A stretch of 64,000 nt of DNA, taken from the NCBI RefSeq assembly GCF_963921235.1, contig NC_086108.1, positions 112,036,001 through 112,100,000 on the forward strand. Reading direction: 5' to 3'. Numbering within the stretch: position 1 is the first letter of the stretch; every line of letters starts with the position of its first letter. Below are positions 1-11,699 of the stretch, piece after piece. Origin of the DNA: Mobula hypostoma. Its lineage: Eukaryota. The notes beneath the pieces were generated by a model that saw nothing but the letters and a program-made list of their open reading frames with translations, was not told where the DNA came from and made no database searches. A program made the translations under genes and the position numbers.

Positions 1-920
1 CCTTGTTGCCAAGTTTGCAGATGATACGAAGATTGCTGGAGTGGGAGGTAGTGTTGAGGAGAAGGGTAGGATGCAGAATGACTTAGATAGATTGGGAGAA
101 TGGGCAAGAAAGTGGCAAATGAAATACAATGTTGGAAAATGCATGGTCATGCACTTTGGTAGTAGAAATAAATGTGCAGACTATTTTCAAAATGGGGAGA
201 AAATCCAGGAATCTGAGATGCAAAGGGACTTGGAGTACTTGTGTAGAACACCCTGAAGATTAACTTGCAGGGTGAGTTGGTGGTGAGGAAGGCAAATGCA
301 GTATTAGCGTTCATTTCAAGAGGTCTAGAATACAAGAGCAAAGATGTGATGCTGAGGCTTTATAAGGCAATGGTGAGGTCTCAACTTAAGTATTGTGAAC
401 AGTTTTAGGCTCCTCATCTTAGAAAAGATGTGCTGGCATTGGAGAGGGTCCAGAGGAGGTTCACAAGGATGATTCCAGGAATGAAAGGATTATCATATGA
501 GGAACATTTGATGGCTCTGGGTCTGTACTCTCTGGAATTCAGGGGGAATCTCATTGAAACCTTTTGAATGTTGAAAGGCCTAGACAGAATACATGTGGAA
601 AGAATGTTTCCCATGGTGGGAGAGTCTGGGACAAGAGGGCACAGCCTCAGGATAGAAGGGCACCCTTTCAAAACAGAAATGCAATGAAATTTCTTTAGCC
701 AAAGGGTGATGAATTTTGGAATTTGTTGCCACATGCAGCTGTGGCGACCAGGTTGTTGGGTGTATTTAAGGCAGAGATTGATAGGTTCTTGATTGGACAT
801 GGCATCAAAGGTTACGGGGAGAAGGCCGAGAACTGGGGTTGAGGAGGAGATAGAAAAAGGATCAGCCATGATTGAATAGTGGAACAGACTCGATGGGCCA
901 GGTGGCCTCATTCCGCTCCA
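1..920 (+). mobile_element. CR1 LINE 3' fragment (RT C-terminus and 3' UTR), degenerate
   Basis: Reads ..[35 protein letters not shown].., typical of CR1 ORF2; frameshifted; ends in the CR1 3' UTR motif gactcgatgggcc..ggcct. Positions 1-580 are near-identical to 33237-33805. Confidence 0.85.
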
Positions 921-921
921 A

Positions 922-2275
922 ATGAAGGTGGAGTTAAGATGGCGCTAAACGATGACTCCTTTGCTTGCGTCTTCGGAAACAGCTCTATTCCCATCTATAT
1001 TATCTTTATTTTTCCCTTTCAGGGTTCTTTTGAGGACCCTGATCTGGAGTCGCACGCTGACTTCGGTTCCTTGCGGGAATGGGACCCATTCTTGGGGTTT
1101 CAGGACTGGTGGTTGCCAAGGGTTCGGCCTGAGAGTCTGGCTCGGATTTGGAAGCCAAAGATCTCGGGACTCTGGAGACGGGTGGATCAAGGGTCAGTGT
1201 CACAACAGGAGACCCCTGTGTCGTTGGGAGAGTCAGGATATCTACTGTGGGCCTGAAGACCTGGGATCTTTGTGATCTTTAAAAATGGTGGGAGGAGAGA
1301 GAGCAGCGCACCTGCGCGTGTACAGCCCTCTGGTGAAAAATGATATCGTATCTGTTAAATAGGGGCCGTGGATAATTCTGATTTGATGGAGAGGGACGTG
1401 AAAGCACAGAGGAACATCTGGAGAAATTTCTGAAACGCTCATTCGCTGCTGTCGTTACTGCGTAGTCGGGAATCTTTTGGAGGGAAGGCCTCAAAATCCC
1501 CGGCTTTGCCTGCTGTTGGCGACCAAGGTTGAGGACGAATGGTTCGGACAGAGATGGCGCTCAGTACTCGGTGTCGGACAGCTGATCAGAGTTTGAAGTT
1601 TTCGGATGACCCAGAGTCGGACTGTGGTCGGTATGGCAGGGAGAGTTCTTCCTTCTCCTGTCTGTGTGAGATGTGGGACATTTGAGAGACTTTGAACTTT
1701 ACTGTGCTCATGGACTTCTTCATCAAGTTATGGTATTTGTGCACTGTTGTAACTATTTGTTATAATTATGTGGTTTTGTCAGTTTTTTCAGTCTTGGTCT
1801 GACCTGTGTTTTGTGATATCACACCGGAGGAAATATTGTATCATTTCTTAATGCATGCATTACTAAATGACAATAAAAGAGGACTACGTGTCTTCATAAT
1901 CTAATCTAATCTTTGGGCACAAAGCTTGAAAATAGCGATGTAACAAACTTTTTAACATCATAAACCAGCAGGTTGTTTGTTATCTCTCCCCGCTCACAGG
2001 AAATGGAGACACCTTTTTCTCCCTTATTGGGGAGAGAGAGAACCTGTGGTATGTCGAATGCCGGGTGAAACGCGAAGTCTTTGGGGTAACTGCAAGTCTG
2101 TGTCTTTGCTGTTGCTTTGCTCACGCTTGAGTGCTCGGTGACGATGCTTGCTTTGTTTTGCTGGTGGGGGGAGGGGGCTCGTTGCTCGCAGCCACGTGCA
2201 CGCGGGAGAGGGGGGAGCTGGGGGGACTTTAGAGATCTTAGTTAATCTGTCGTTCATTCTTTTACTTCTCTGTTT
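922..2275 (+). mobile_element. Non-autonomous retroposon with a second element nested inside it (1273-1908)
   Basis: The inner element ends in AATAAA followed by an (AATCT)n tail and is flanked by the direct repeat ATCTTTG (1266-1272 and 1909-1915). The host sequence continues after it and resembles 33820-33990. Confidence 0.5.
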
Positions 2276-2356
2276 TCCATAAGACCATAAGACAAAGGAG
2301 CAGAAGTCAGCCATTCGGCCCATCAAGTCTGCTCCGCCATTTTATCATGAGCTGAT

Positions 2357-3243
2357 TGTCATGGTCCGGTCCGTGAAGTCTGTATTCCGGTTCACGGTCT
2401 GGTCCATCGACCCTTGATCCAGGTTTTCCTGTCTACCCTGTTTCTTTTCTTCTTGAGCTCTAATTGAGGCAGCTGATTCTTGTTGGGGCTGGCTGCATAA
2501 ATACCTTCAGAGACCAGGGCATGGCTGCTGGATTGTACTTGTCCTTACTCCTTGTATCCCTTCCCCTGCTTTCTGTTTTCTCGCCTAAAGCCCTGCCTTG
2601 TCTTGCTGGTAACTCTGGCCTCACCTGAAGTTCTTGTCTTGCCTTGCTTTGCCAGTAGCCTTGCCTTGTCTTGCTGTCTGGTCCTGGAGCCACTCTGTAC
2701 CTAGCTCCCTTCCTGTCCCTCGCCTCCACCCAGGTAAGCCGGGCCGTCTTGCCGTTACCTGGGGTTGGTTCTGTCCCTTCCTGTCCCTTGCCTCTGTTGG
2801 GTGGTGATCCGTGCCCTGACCAGGTGATCCGCACCCTGCCCAGCAGGAGTCCAGCCTCGCCTCAAGTCTCCTGCCTCCAGCCTCTGGCCTTGCCTCTTCT
2901 CTTGCCTAGCCTCGAGCCTGAAGACTCCAGCCTCTAGCCTCTTGCCAAGCCAAGTCTCTAGCCTCTAGCCTGAAGATCCCAGCCTCGTCCTGCCTGCCTG
3001 CCAAGCCTCATCCTTGCCTAGTTCTGGGTTCCCAGCCAGAGGCAAGACCCAGGTACTGGGTCCTTGTCCAGTCTCTGGCTCGGAGTCCAAGCCCGGGCTC
3101 CTAGCTCTTTTGTCCAGTCCTGTTCCAGGTTCCTGGTTTTCCGGTCCATGTCCTTGCCATCACTCTGTATCTTAGTCCTGTCCCTAGTACTTCAGTGTCT
3201 GTGTCTTGCACTTGGGTCCATTCCTAGCTACCACCTTATGACA
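2357..3243. mobile_element. Solo LTR (887 bp)
   Basis: Termini TGTCAT...ATGACA (inverted), with a perfect 5-bp target-site duplication CTGAT (2352-2356 and 3244-3248). It interrupts a CR1 3' end. Confidence 0.8.
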
Positions 3244-3509
3244 CTGATCCATTCTTCCATTCAGTCCCACTCCCCCGCCTTCTCACCATAACCTTTGATG
3301 CCCTGGCTACTCAGATACCTATCAATCTCTGCCTTAAATACACACAATGACTTGGGCTCCACTGCTGCCCATGGCAACAAATTCCATAGATTCACCACCC
3401 TCTGGCTAAAAAAGTTTCTTCACATTTCTGTTCTGAATGGGCGCCCTTCAATCCTTAATTCATGGCCTCTCGTACTAGACTCCTCCATCATGGGAAACAA
3501 CTTTGCCGC

Positions 3510-4015
3510 ATCCTCAAAGTTGCTGGTGAACGCAGCAGGCCAGGCAGCATCTGTAGGAAGATGTGCAGTCGACGTTTCAGGCCGAGACCCTTCGTCAGGA
3601 CTAACTGAAGGAAGAGCGAGTAAGGGATTTGAGAGTTGGAGGGGGAGGGGGAGATCCAAAATGATACGAGAAGACAGGAGGGCGAGGGATAGAGCCAAGA
3701 GCTGGACAGGTGATAGGCAAAAGGGGATACGAGAGGATCATGGGACAGGAGGCCCGGGAAGAAAGACAAGGGGGGGGACCCAGAGGATGGGCAAGAGGTA
3801 TATTCAGAGGGACAGAGGGAGAAAAAGGAGAGTGAGAGAAAGAATGTGTGTAAAAATAAGTAACAGATGGGGTACGAGGGGGAGTTGGGACCTTAGCGGA
3901 AGTTAGAGAAGTCGATGTTCATGCCATCAGGTTGGAGGCTACCCAGACAGAATATAAGGTGCTGTTCCTCCAACCTGAGTGTGGCTTCATCGTTATAGTA
4001 GAGGAGGCCGTGGAC
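3510..4015 (-). mobile_element. Penelope-like element remnant (pseudo-LTR region)
   Basis: Contains the minimal hammerhead motif and the gatgctgcctggcctgctg motif. Adjoins sequence homologous to the GIY-YIG C-terminal region at 49190-49260. Confidence 0.7.
3566..3603 (-). ncRNA. Minimal type I hammerhead ribozyme motif (Penelope-associated)
   Basis: Minus strand reads UAGUC-CUGACGA-AGGGUCUCGGCCU-GAAAC-GUC-GACUG: intact core, stem I, stem II, loopless stem III and a GUC cleavage triplet. Confidence 0.75.
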
Positions 4016-4039
4016 ATGTCTATCCACATGTAAGCACAT

Positions 4040-5008
4040 GTAAGACCAGAAGACATAGGAGCAGAATTAGGCCATTCGGCCCATCGAAACTGTTCTATTT
4101 CATCACGGCTGATCCATTTTCTCTCTCGACCATACTCTCTTGCCTTCCTCTGTAAGTCGTGACACACTCACTAATCGTGAACCTATCAATCTCCATTTTA
4201 AATATTCCCAACGATCTGGCCTCCACAGCCGCCCATGGCAGATTCACCATCCTCCAGCTAAAGACATTACTCCTCAGCTCTGTTCTAAGCAGACGTCACT
4301 CTATTCTGAGGTTTTGTCCTCTGGTCCTAGACTCACCCACTATTGGAAACATCCTCTCCACATCCACTCTACATCCACTCTATCTAGGCCTTTCAATATT
4401 TGATAGGTTTCAATGAGATCCCCCTTCATTCTTCTAAATTCCAGCGAGTACAGGCCCAGAACCATCAAATGTTCCTTATACGTTAACCCTTTCATTCCTG
4501 GAATAATTTTTGTGAACTTCCTCTGAACCCTTTCCAATGTCAGCACATCCTTTGTTAAATAAAGGGCCCAAAACTGCTCACAATACACCAAATGAGGCCT
4601 CACCAGTGCTTTATAAAGTCTCAGCATTACATTCTTCCTTTTATATTCTAGCCCTCTCGAAATGAATGCCAAGATTTCATTTGCCTTCCTCACCATCGAC
4701 CCAACCTGCAAATTAACATTTAGGGAATCCTGTACAAAGACTCCCAGGTCCCTCTGAACCTCAGATTTTTGGATCTTCTTCACATTTAGAAAGTGGTCTA
4801 CGCTCTTATTTCTTCTACCAAAGTGCTTGATCGTACACTTCCTGAAACTGTATTCCATCATTTCTTTGCCTATTTTCCTAATCTGTTTAAGTCCTTCTGC
4901 AGACTCGATGATTCCTCAACACTACCTGACTATCCACCCATCTTCCTATCATCTCCAAATTCAGCCACATAGCCAGTAATTCTGTCATCCAACTTCCTGA
5001 TATGCAGC
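4040..5008 (-). mobile_element. CR1 LINE 3' fragment
   Basis: ORF 4340-4861 has CR1 ORF2 C-terminal motifs ([33 protein letters not shown]). Paralogous to 35700-36668. Confidence 0.85.
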
Positions 5009-6760
5009 TGTAATGCCCTGGATAAGATTTCTACTGCTATGGTGTAAGATAGTTTGTATCGGTAGTTTTCTGTGAAAGCACTGTGACATGCTGGTAAGTG
5101 TGTTTTGGCTTCGGCTAAAGATACGTTGTCCAATTTAGGAATGTGAATCAGCCAATCAGGATTGTGGGATGTGAGAGAAGGTTCTAGAGACCTGTGGGGA
5201 AGAGTTTTCTGAAGGACGGCAGTCTGGTTTGGGGTCCTTTTGGCGGGAGCTGTGAAGCGGGGCACAAAGGAAGATGTTGCAGAATGCCTTTGTAAGGAGA
5301 CTCCCCATTGCAAGAAGTGCTTTGTGCAGATGAATGGCTCCTAGGAGGAAAGGCCAAAACTGAGAGAGCAGTTCGTTTGAGATGGTTTTCAAGGGCAGTT
5401 CGGTATGTGGTGGATGCTTTCATGAAGACCGTGGGTCCAGCACGTGAGTAAAGGGATATACCCCGACTACTCCAGTATGAGCTCCAACGTTATGTGCACA
5501 TTGGACTGGTTTAACCGCAATGGGCCCTTTTAGTTTTTTTTTTGTAACTGTTCGTTAAAGTTGAAAATGTGTTCAATGTACTTGCTTTATAATTTTATGC
5601 TGGCTGTATGATTTGTCATTTCTGGGGTACTGATAACTGTAAATAGGCAGTATTTACACAGCATTTGCTCAAATCGAGGTTCCTTTAATCAGAACATCCC
5701 AACGTTCCTGTTTAGTTGAACTCCAAATCACACTGACCAAATGTATTTTGTAGCCTGGGAAAAATACTCACTCAGGACAACAAATACTTTTTCAGTCTTT
5801 AATTCCTTTCTCTGTTTTAGTTGCTTTAATACAGAAAGAGGGTATCAAAATAAAAACAACAAAATGAATTTAAAAAAACACAGTTCCTGCTGTTACAGTC
5901 TCAGTTTAATTTCGGTCTACACACTTATCTATCAAATAGTTACGTATGGAGAATAAAAATAAATAAAACAAAATATACAAAACCAATATGGTGGTGGCAA
6001 TTCTAAAAACAATACAAGCAACATTAGAAACCCCCTTATACACAACATCAAATCTATGAATAAATACATCTCACTTTAACTACTCACTTCGGCACACGAG
6101 CTTAACTTCCAAACACATACAGGCTCAACCCTGAACCGAGTTCTCCTCGCTCACGCTACGTGATCAGAGATTAACACATTTACCTTCAGTCATGAAACAA
6201 TAAAGTAAGGCAACAAACTTTTACAAGATGTTGACTTGTAGTTAAATTATTTGAAAGACTAACCTACTGGGCCGATAAGGAACTTCGCACAACCAGCTAT
6301 CCAGCGCCAATACTTTACTTGCAAAAATATTCCCTATGACCAGCACTGAATGTGCTTTCTAGAACATTGCAGCTCTTCTTTCTACTCCACACGTGCATAA
6401 AGACGTCACCGTTTTTTCATAAAGGCACAGGCAGCTATTTTAGCATTACCAGGCTGAATGCATAAGTGAACTTTAACAACAAGAAGTGATATTCAATGGT
6501 CAACTGGTTACATGTATATTGTCTATGAAAGGTGGCCTTCTCACCACTGTTAGCGAAGTTATCTAACGAGCCAAGTCTGTATCAGCCCCGTGAGTCGGTT
6601 ACACAACGTAAGAAGGAACAATCCCACCAGAAACACTTATAGAAAACCAGTAATCTTCAGCAGTCAACCAGAATAGGCTCCCTTTATTCCCACTCTTTGT
6701 CTCCTGCCAGTCAGCAAATCCTCTGTCCATTCTAGTATCTTTCCTGTGATATCATGGGCT

Positions 6761-7046
6761 TGTAGCAGTGTGCTACACACAGCGCTAGAAGAACCACACG
6801 GAGTCGGTGAGTTGGAGTTGCGATGAAAGAGATTTATTCAAATTTCGCGGCCTGCTTTAAAGACTTCTCGTTCCCGCCCTCCCTGGGGCGGGACTGCTGT
6901 GGGGAATGCATATTCCCAGACCCTTTCCGCGCGTGGGATTTTCCCCCTGCTGGTGAAGATGGCCTGGCGCCTTTTTTGCTGCCGACCCTCTGCCTGCGCG
7001 CGCTGTTGTGAGCCGGTTCGTGTGTGCTAGAATGTGGGTCACCACA
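6761..7046 (-). repeat. 3' LTR (286 bp) of the Gypsy element
   Basis: TG...CA termini; AATAAA on the minus strand; matches 10857-11053 with 9 mismatches in 197 bp (manual count). Confidence 0.9.
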
Positions 7047-10000
7047 TAACGCCCCCCCCACCCCCAGAACCCGCGATACCTCCCCCAATGTCCACAGTCT
7101 GGATCGGCCTCTGTTTGGGAGGTCTGCCCCTGCGCCGCGGTGCCTGAGCCTGGACCGGCTGCGCCAAGTCCACATGGGCCGGTTTGAGTCGGTCCACCGT
7201 GAAAACCTCCTCTCTCCCCTCAATGTCCAGCACGAATGTGGACCTGTTGTTCCCGATCACCTTAAACGGCCCCTCGTAGGGCCGCTGTAGCAGTGCCCGG
7301 TGTCCGCCCCGTCGTACAAGAAGAAACTTACACTTCTGCAGGTCTTTGGGTACGCAGGTCGGGCTCTGTCCGTGCTGTGAAGTGGGGATGGGGGCCAGGT
7401 TACCTAGCCTCTCCCGTAGTCTGTCCAGGACTGCTGTGGGTTCTTCCTCTTGCCCCCTTGGGGCTGGTATGAACTCTCCTGGGACGACCAGGGGCGCGCC
7501 GTACACCAACTCGGCCGACAAGGTGTGCAGATCCTGTTTGGGCGCCGTGCGGATTCCGAGCAGGACCCAGGGAAGCTCGTCCACCCAGTTAGGCCCCTCC
7601 AGGCAGGCCATGAGAGCCGATTTCAGGTGACGGTGGAAGCGCTCCACTAGTCCGTTCGACTGTGGGTGGTAGGCAGTTGCGTGGTGTAGCTGTGTCCCTA
7701 AAAGTCTGGCCATAGCCGACCACAGGCTGGAGGTGAACTGGGTGCCCCTGTCGGAGGTAATGTGGGCCGGTACCCCGAAGCGTGCTGCCCAGGTTGCGAT
7801 CAGTGCTCGGGCGCAGGATTCGGAGGTGGTGTCGGTGAGCGGGACTGCCTCTGGCCATCTGGTGAACCGGTCTATCATAGTTAGGAGGTACCGCGCTCCT
7901 CGTGACACTGGCAGGGGCCCCACGATATCCGCATGGATGTGGTCGAACCTCCGGCGGGTGGGTTCGAACCGCTGCAGTGGAGCCTTGGTGTGCCGCTGCA
8001 CCTTGGCCGTTTGGCACTGCATGCACGTTTTGGCCCATTCACTGACCTGTTTACGAAGTCCATACCACACGAACCTGTTGGAGACCAGCCGGACGGTTGT
8101 CCTGATGGAGGGGTGCGCTAAGTTGTGAATGGATTGGAAAACCCGCCGGCGCCAGGCTGCTGGGACGACGGGGCGGGGTTGGCCAGTAGCTACGTCACAC
8201 AATAGGGTCCTCTCACCTGGGCCTACGGGGAGGTCTTGGAGCTGCAAACCGGAGACTGCAGTCCTGTAACTGGGGATCTCAGCGTCTGCCTGCTGTGCCT
8301 CTGCCAGCGCTGCATAGTCCACCCCCTGGGACAGGGCCTGTATGGTAGGTCTGGAAAGTGCGTCCGCCACGACATTGTTCTTTCCAGAGACATGCCGGAT
8401 GTCCGTCGTGTACTCGGAGATGTAGGACAGATGTCGCTGCTGGCGGGACGACCAGGGGTCGGACACCTTAGTGAACGCAAAGGTAAGCGGTTTGTGGTCT
8501 GTGAACGTGGTGAAGGACCTACCTTCTAAGAAGTACCTGAAATGCCGGATTGCCAGGTATAGTGCCAATAGCTCCCGGTCGAAAGCACTGTATTTGAGTT
8601 CAGGTGGTCGTAGGTGTTTGCTGAAGAACGCCAGGGGTTGCCAGCGACCCTCGATGAGTTGTTCCAGCACTCCACCGACCGCTGTGTTGGATGCGTCCAC
8701 CGTGAGGGCATTAGGAACGTCCGTTCTGGGGTGCACTAGCATCGCGGCGTTTGCCAAGGCTTCTTTGGTTTTAACAAAAGCAGTTGCGGCCTCTTCGTTC
8801 CAGGTAATGTCCTTGCCCTTACCCGACATTAGAGTGAACAAGGGGCGCATGGTTCAGGCTGCTGAGGAGAGGAAACGGTGGTAGAAATTCACCATACCCA
8901 CGAATTCCTGCAGGCCTTTGATTGTGTTGGGTCGGGGGAAGTTGCGGACCGCGTCTACCTTGGCGGGCAGCGGGGTTGCCCCGTCTTTAGTAATCCTGTG
9001 GCCCAGGAAGTCGATGGTGTCGAGTCCGAACTGGCATTTGGCTGGGTTGATTGTAAGGCCGAATTCACTCAGGCGGGAGTAGAGCTGGCGGAGGTGGGAC
9101 AGATGCTCCTGCCGACTACTGCTGGCTATGAGGATGTCGTCCAAATAGATGAAGGCAAAGTCCAGGTCGCATCCCACCGCGTCCATTAGCCGCTGGAAAG
9201 TCTGTGCGACATTCTTTAGACCAAACGGCATTCGGAGGAATTCGAAAAGTCTGAACGGGTGATAAGTGCTGTTTTGGGGATGTTGTCTGGATATACAGGG
9301 ATTTGATGGTATCCCCGGACGAGGTCAACCTTGGAAAAGATCCTTGCGCTGTGTAGGTTTGCTGCGAAGTCTTGAATGTGTGGCACAGGGTAGCGGTCTG
9401 GCGTTGTAGCCTCGTTCAGTCTGCGGTAGTCACCGCATGGTCTCCAGCCCCCCGTTGCCTTGGGCACCATGGGAAGGGGGGAGGCCCATGGGCTGTCGGA
9501 CCGTTGTATGATCCCTAATTCCTCCATCTTCTTGAACTCCTCCTTCGCCAGTTGGAGCTTGTCCGGGGGAAGCCTTCGAGCACGGGCGTGGAGGGGTGGT
9601 CCCTGGGTCAGGATGTGGTGCTGTACTCCGTGTCTGGGCATGGCTGCCGTGAACTGCGGTGTTAGTACTGATGGGAAATCCGCCAGGACCCTGGTGAGTT
9701 CATCGTCGGACAGCGTGATGGAGTCCAGGTGTGGGGCTGGCAACTGTGCTTCACCCAGGGAGAACGTTTGAAAAGTCTTGGCGTGGACTAATCGCTTCCC
9801 TTGCAGGTCGACCAGCAGGCTGTGGGCTCGTAGAAAATCTGCCTCCAGGAGTGGTTGGGCCACGGTGGCCAGTGTGAAGTCCCACGTGAACCGGCTGGAG
9901 CTGAACTGTAGCCGCACCGTGCGGGTGCCGTAGGTTCGTATTGTGCTGCCATTAGCGGCCCTCAGGGTGGGTCCTGGTTCTCTGTTGCGGGTGTCGTAAC

Positions 10001-10139
10001 TCGTTGGAGGTAAGACGCTGATCTCCGCTCCGGTGTCGACCAAAAGACGGCGTCCCGACTGCTTGTCCCAGACGTACAGGAGGCTGTCCTGATGGCCAGC
10101 CGCCGTAGCCATCAGCGGCGGCTGGCCCTGGCGTTTCCC
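7039..10139 (-). pseudogene. Gypsy pol (PR-RT-RNase H-IN), disrupted
   Basis: Three consecutive ORFs (9216-10205, 8854-9231, 7039-8850) carry PR, RT, RH and IN in Gypsy order, broken by one frameshift and one stop. Confidence 0.92.
10094..10139 (-). promoter_or_regulatory. -1 programmed ribosomal frameshift signal (gag-pol)
   Basis: G GGA AAC heptamer in the gag frame (10139-10133), a 5-nt spacer, then a perfect 12-bp stem GGCCAGCCGCCG/CGGCGGCTGGCC. Pol is in the -1 frame. Confidence 0.8.
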
Positions 10140-10819
10140 GGGAATTTGCAGGGTGGTCTGCAGCGGCGGGCCTCTGTGCCCCACCGCTGGTGGTAGAAAC
10201 ACCATTGTTCGTTGGGCTCCTCACTCCCGTCGCCGGGTTTTGTAGGCTCTGCTGCCGGGCCTGGTCTGGTCTGTCGTTGGGCACGCGGCTTGGTGATCTG
10301 TGCGATGGATGCCCCTCTCTCTTTCCTGGCATTCCACAGCACATCTGCTCGGGCCGCCACCTCCCGGGGGTTGCTGAAATCTGCGTCGGACAGCAGCAGG
10401 CATATGTCCTCGGGCAGTTGCTCTAGGAACGCCTGCTCAAACATGAGGCAGTGTTTGTGTCCTTCAGCCAGGGCCAGCATCTCGTTCATTAATGCTGACG
10501 GCGGCCTGTCTCCCAAACCATCCAGGTGCATTAAGCGGCGTGCTCGTTCGCGCCGTGAGAGTCCGAAAGTCCTTATGAGCAGGGCTTTGAATGTTGTGTA
10601 TTTGCCGTTCTCCGGGGGCTACTGTATAAACTCCTCAACTTGTGCAGCTGTCTCTTGGTCGAGTGAGCTCAGCACGTAGTAGTAGCGAGTGGACTCCGAG
10701 GTTATCTGCCGAATGTGGAATTGAGCTTCTGCTTGTTCGAACCATAATTGGGGTCGCAACGTCCAGAAGCTTGGCAGTTTTAACAAAACTGCGTGAACAG
10801 ATGCGGCGTCAGTCATCTC
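10112..10819 (-). pseudogene. Gypsy gag, with one internal stop
   Basis: KLPSFWTLRPQLWFEQAEAQF N-terminal domain, in-frame stop at ~10619, then LGDRPPSALMNEM and the CHCC knuckle. Confidence 0.88.
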
Positions 10820-10840
10820 TGGTCCAAATATCGTTTGGGC

Positions 10841-10854
10841 CGTTGGGGTCACCA
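10841..10854 (-). promoter_or_regulatory. Primer-binding site, tRNA-Trp type
   Basis: TGGTGACCCCAACG lies 2 nt from the 5' LTR and matches the complement of the tRNA-Trp 3' end (TGGTGACCCCGACG) at 13 of 14 positions. Confidence 0.8.
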
Positions 10855-11133
10855 ATTGTAGCGGTGTGCTACACACAGCGCTAGAATAACCACACGGAGT
10901 CGGTGAGTTAGAGTTGCGATGAAAGAGATTTATTCAAACTTCGCGGCCTGCTTTAAAGTCTTCCCGTTCCCGCCCTCCCTGGGGCGGGTCTGCTGTGGGG
11001 AATGCATATTCCCAGACCATTTCCGCGCGCGGGATTTTCCCCCTGCTGGTGAAAAAACACAGTTCCTGCTGTTACAGTCTCAGTTTAATTTCGGTCTACA
11101 CACTTATGTATCAAATAGTTACGTATGCAGAAT

Positions 11134-11699
11134 GAAAATGGTTGTTTGTCCATTGTTGACGTTGATGAGGACCTCGTCACCATAATGATGGTGTCGAGAC
11201 TAGCGCGTGATTTGGATTTAAGTGAGGGAGAGTTGCGTAGCGTCAGCCTCACTCTCTCTTCCCAATTCCCATCTGGATCCAGTGGCAAGACAGAGTCGAG
11301 ACGGCTGGAGATGGGACTAGGCGCAGTGGATGACCAGAACACCTTCTGTGCCTTGTCCTGCTCTACACGTTCCATGACGCTTGCAGAGACCGCCTTGACC
11401 GTTGGACCTTCCATTGGTCTCGTCCGCTGAATCCGCCGGAGACTGTCTTCACATGCTGGGATAGACAACTCCCTATCTCACCGAGGGTTTGAGACCCGTC
11501 GGCTACCCTCACCTGGTTTAGCCGGCTTGTCGAAGCCGTTGCCCGGGGTGTGGCCGCTGTCGCATGCAAACAGCTACGGGGAGCCACAGGTGAGAGCTGA
11601 GTGCCAGGTGGGGACCAAAGGTGGACTAACCACCCTGAAAAGGACGCGACATGTTCCCCCACCAGAGGTGCTACCCCTCCCTGACACCCCATACACCCC
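11134..11699 (-). mobile_element. RTE-related non-autonomous retroposon (~570 bp)
   Basis: 9-bp TSD ATGCAGAAT (11125-11133 and 11700-11708). The empty site is visible at 5946-5954, the same insertion occurs at ~37617-38185, and a related element lies at ~27780-28285. Confidence 0.75.

Larger units (their letters stand above)
6761..11053 (-). mobile_element. Ty3/Gypsy LTR retrotransposon, CsRn1-like, inactivated; 5' LTR truncated
   Basis: 3' LTR 6761-7046 (TG..CA), polypurine tract at ~7051-7065, partial 5' LTR 10857-11053. Gag has a CHCC knuckle (CFYHQRWGTEARRCRPPC). Pol has protease LVDTGAEIS, RT YLDD, RNase H TVDAS/TDHKPL and integrase HHCC plus DDE. Lesions: stops near 10619 and 8854 and a frameshift near 9230. 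Confidence 0.95.

Noticed and set aside
5009..6603. Possible additional LTR element(s) (TGTAATG...GTTACA) interrupting CR1
   Set aside because: No TSD, paired LTR or coding remnant could be established by eye.
7039..8850. 603-aa RNase H/integrase ORF as a domesticated gene
   Set aside because: It is embedded in an LTR-bounded element directly after an in-frame stop, so it is simply the undamaged part of pol.
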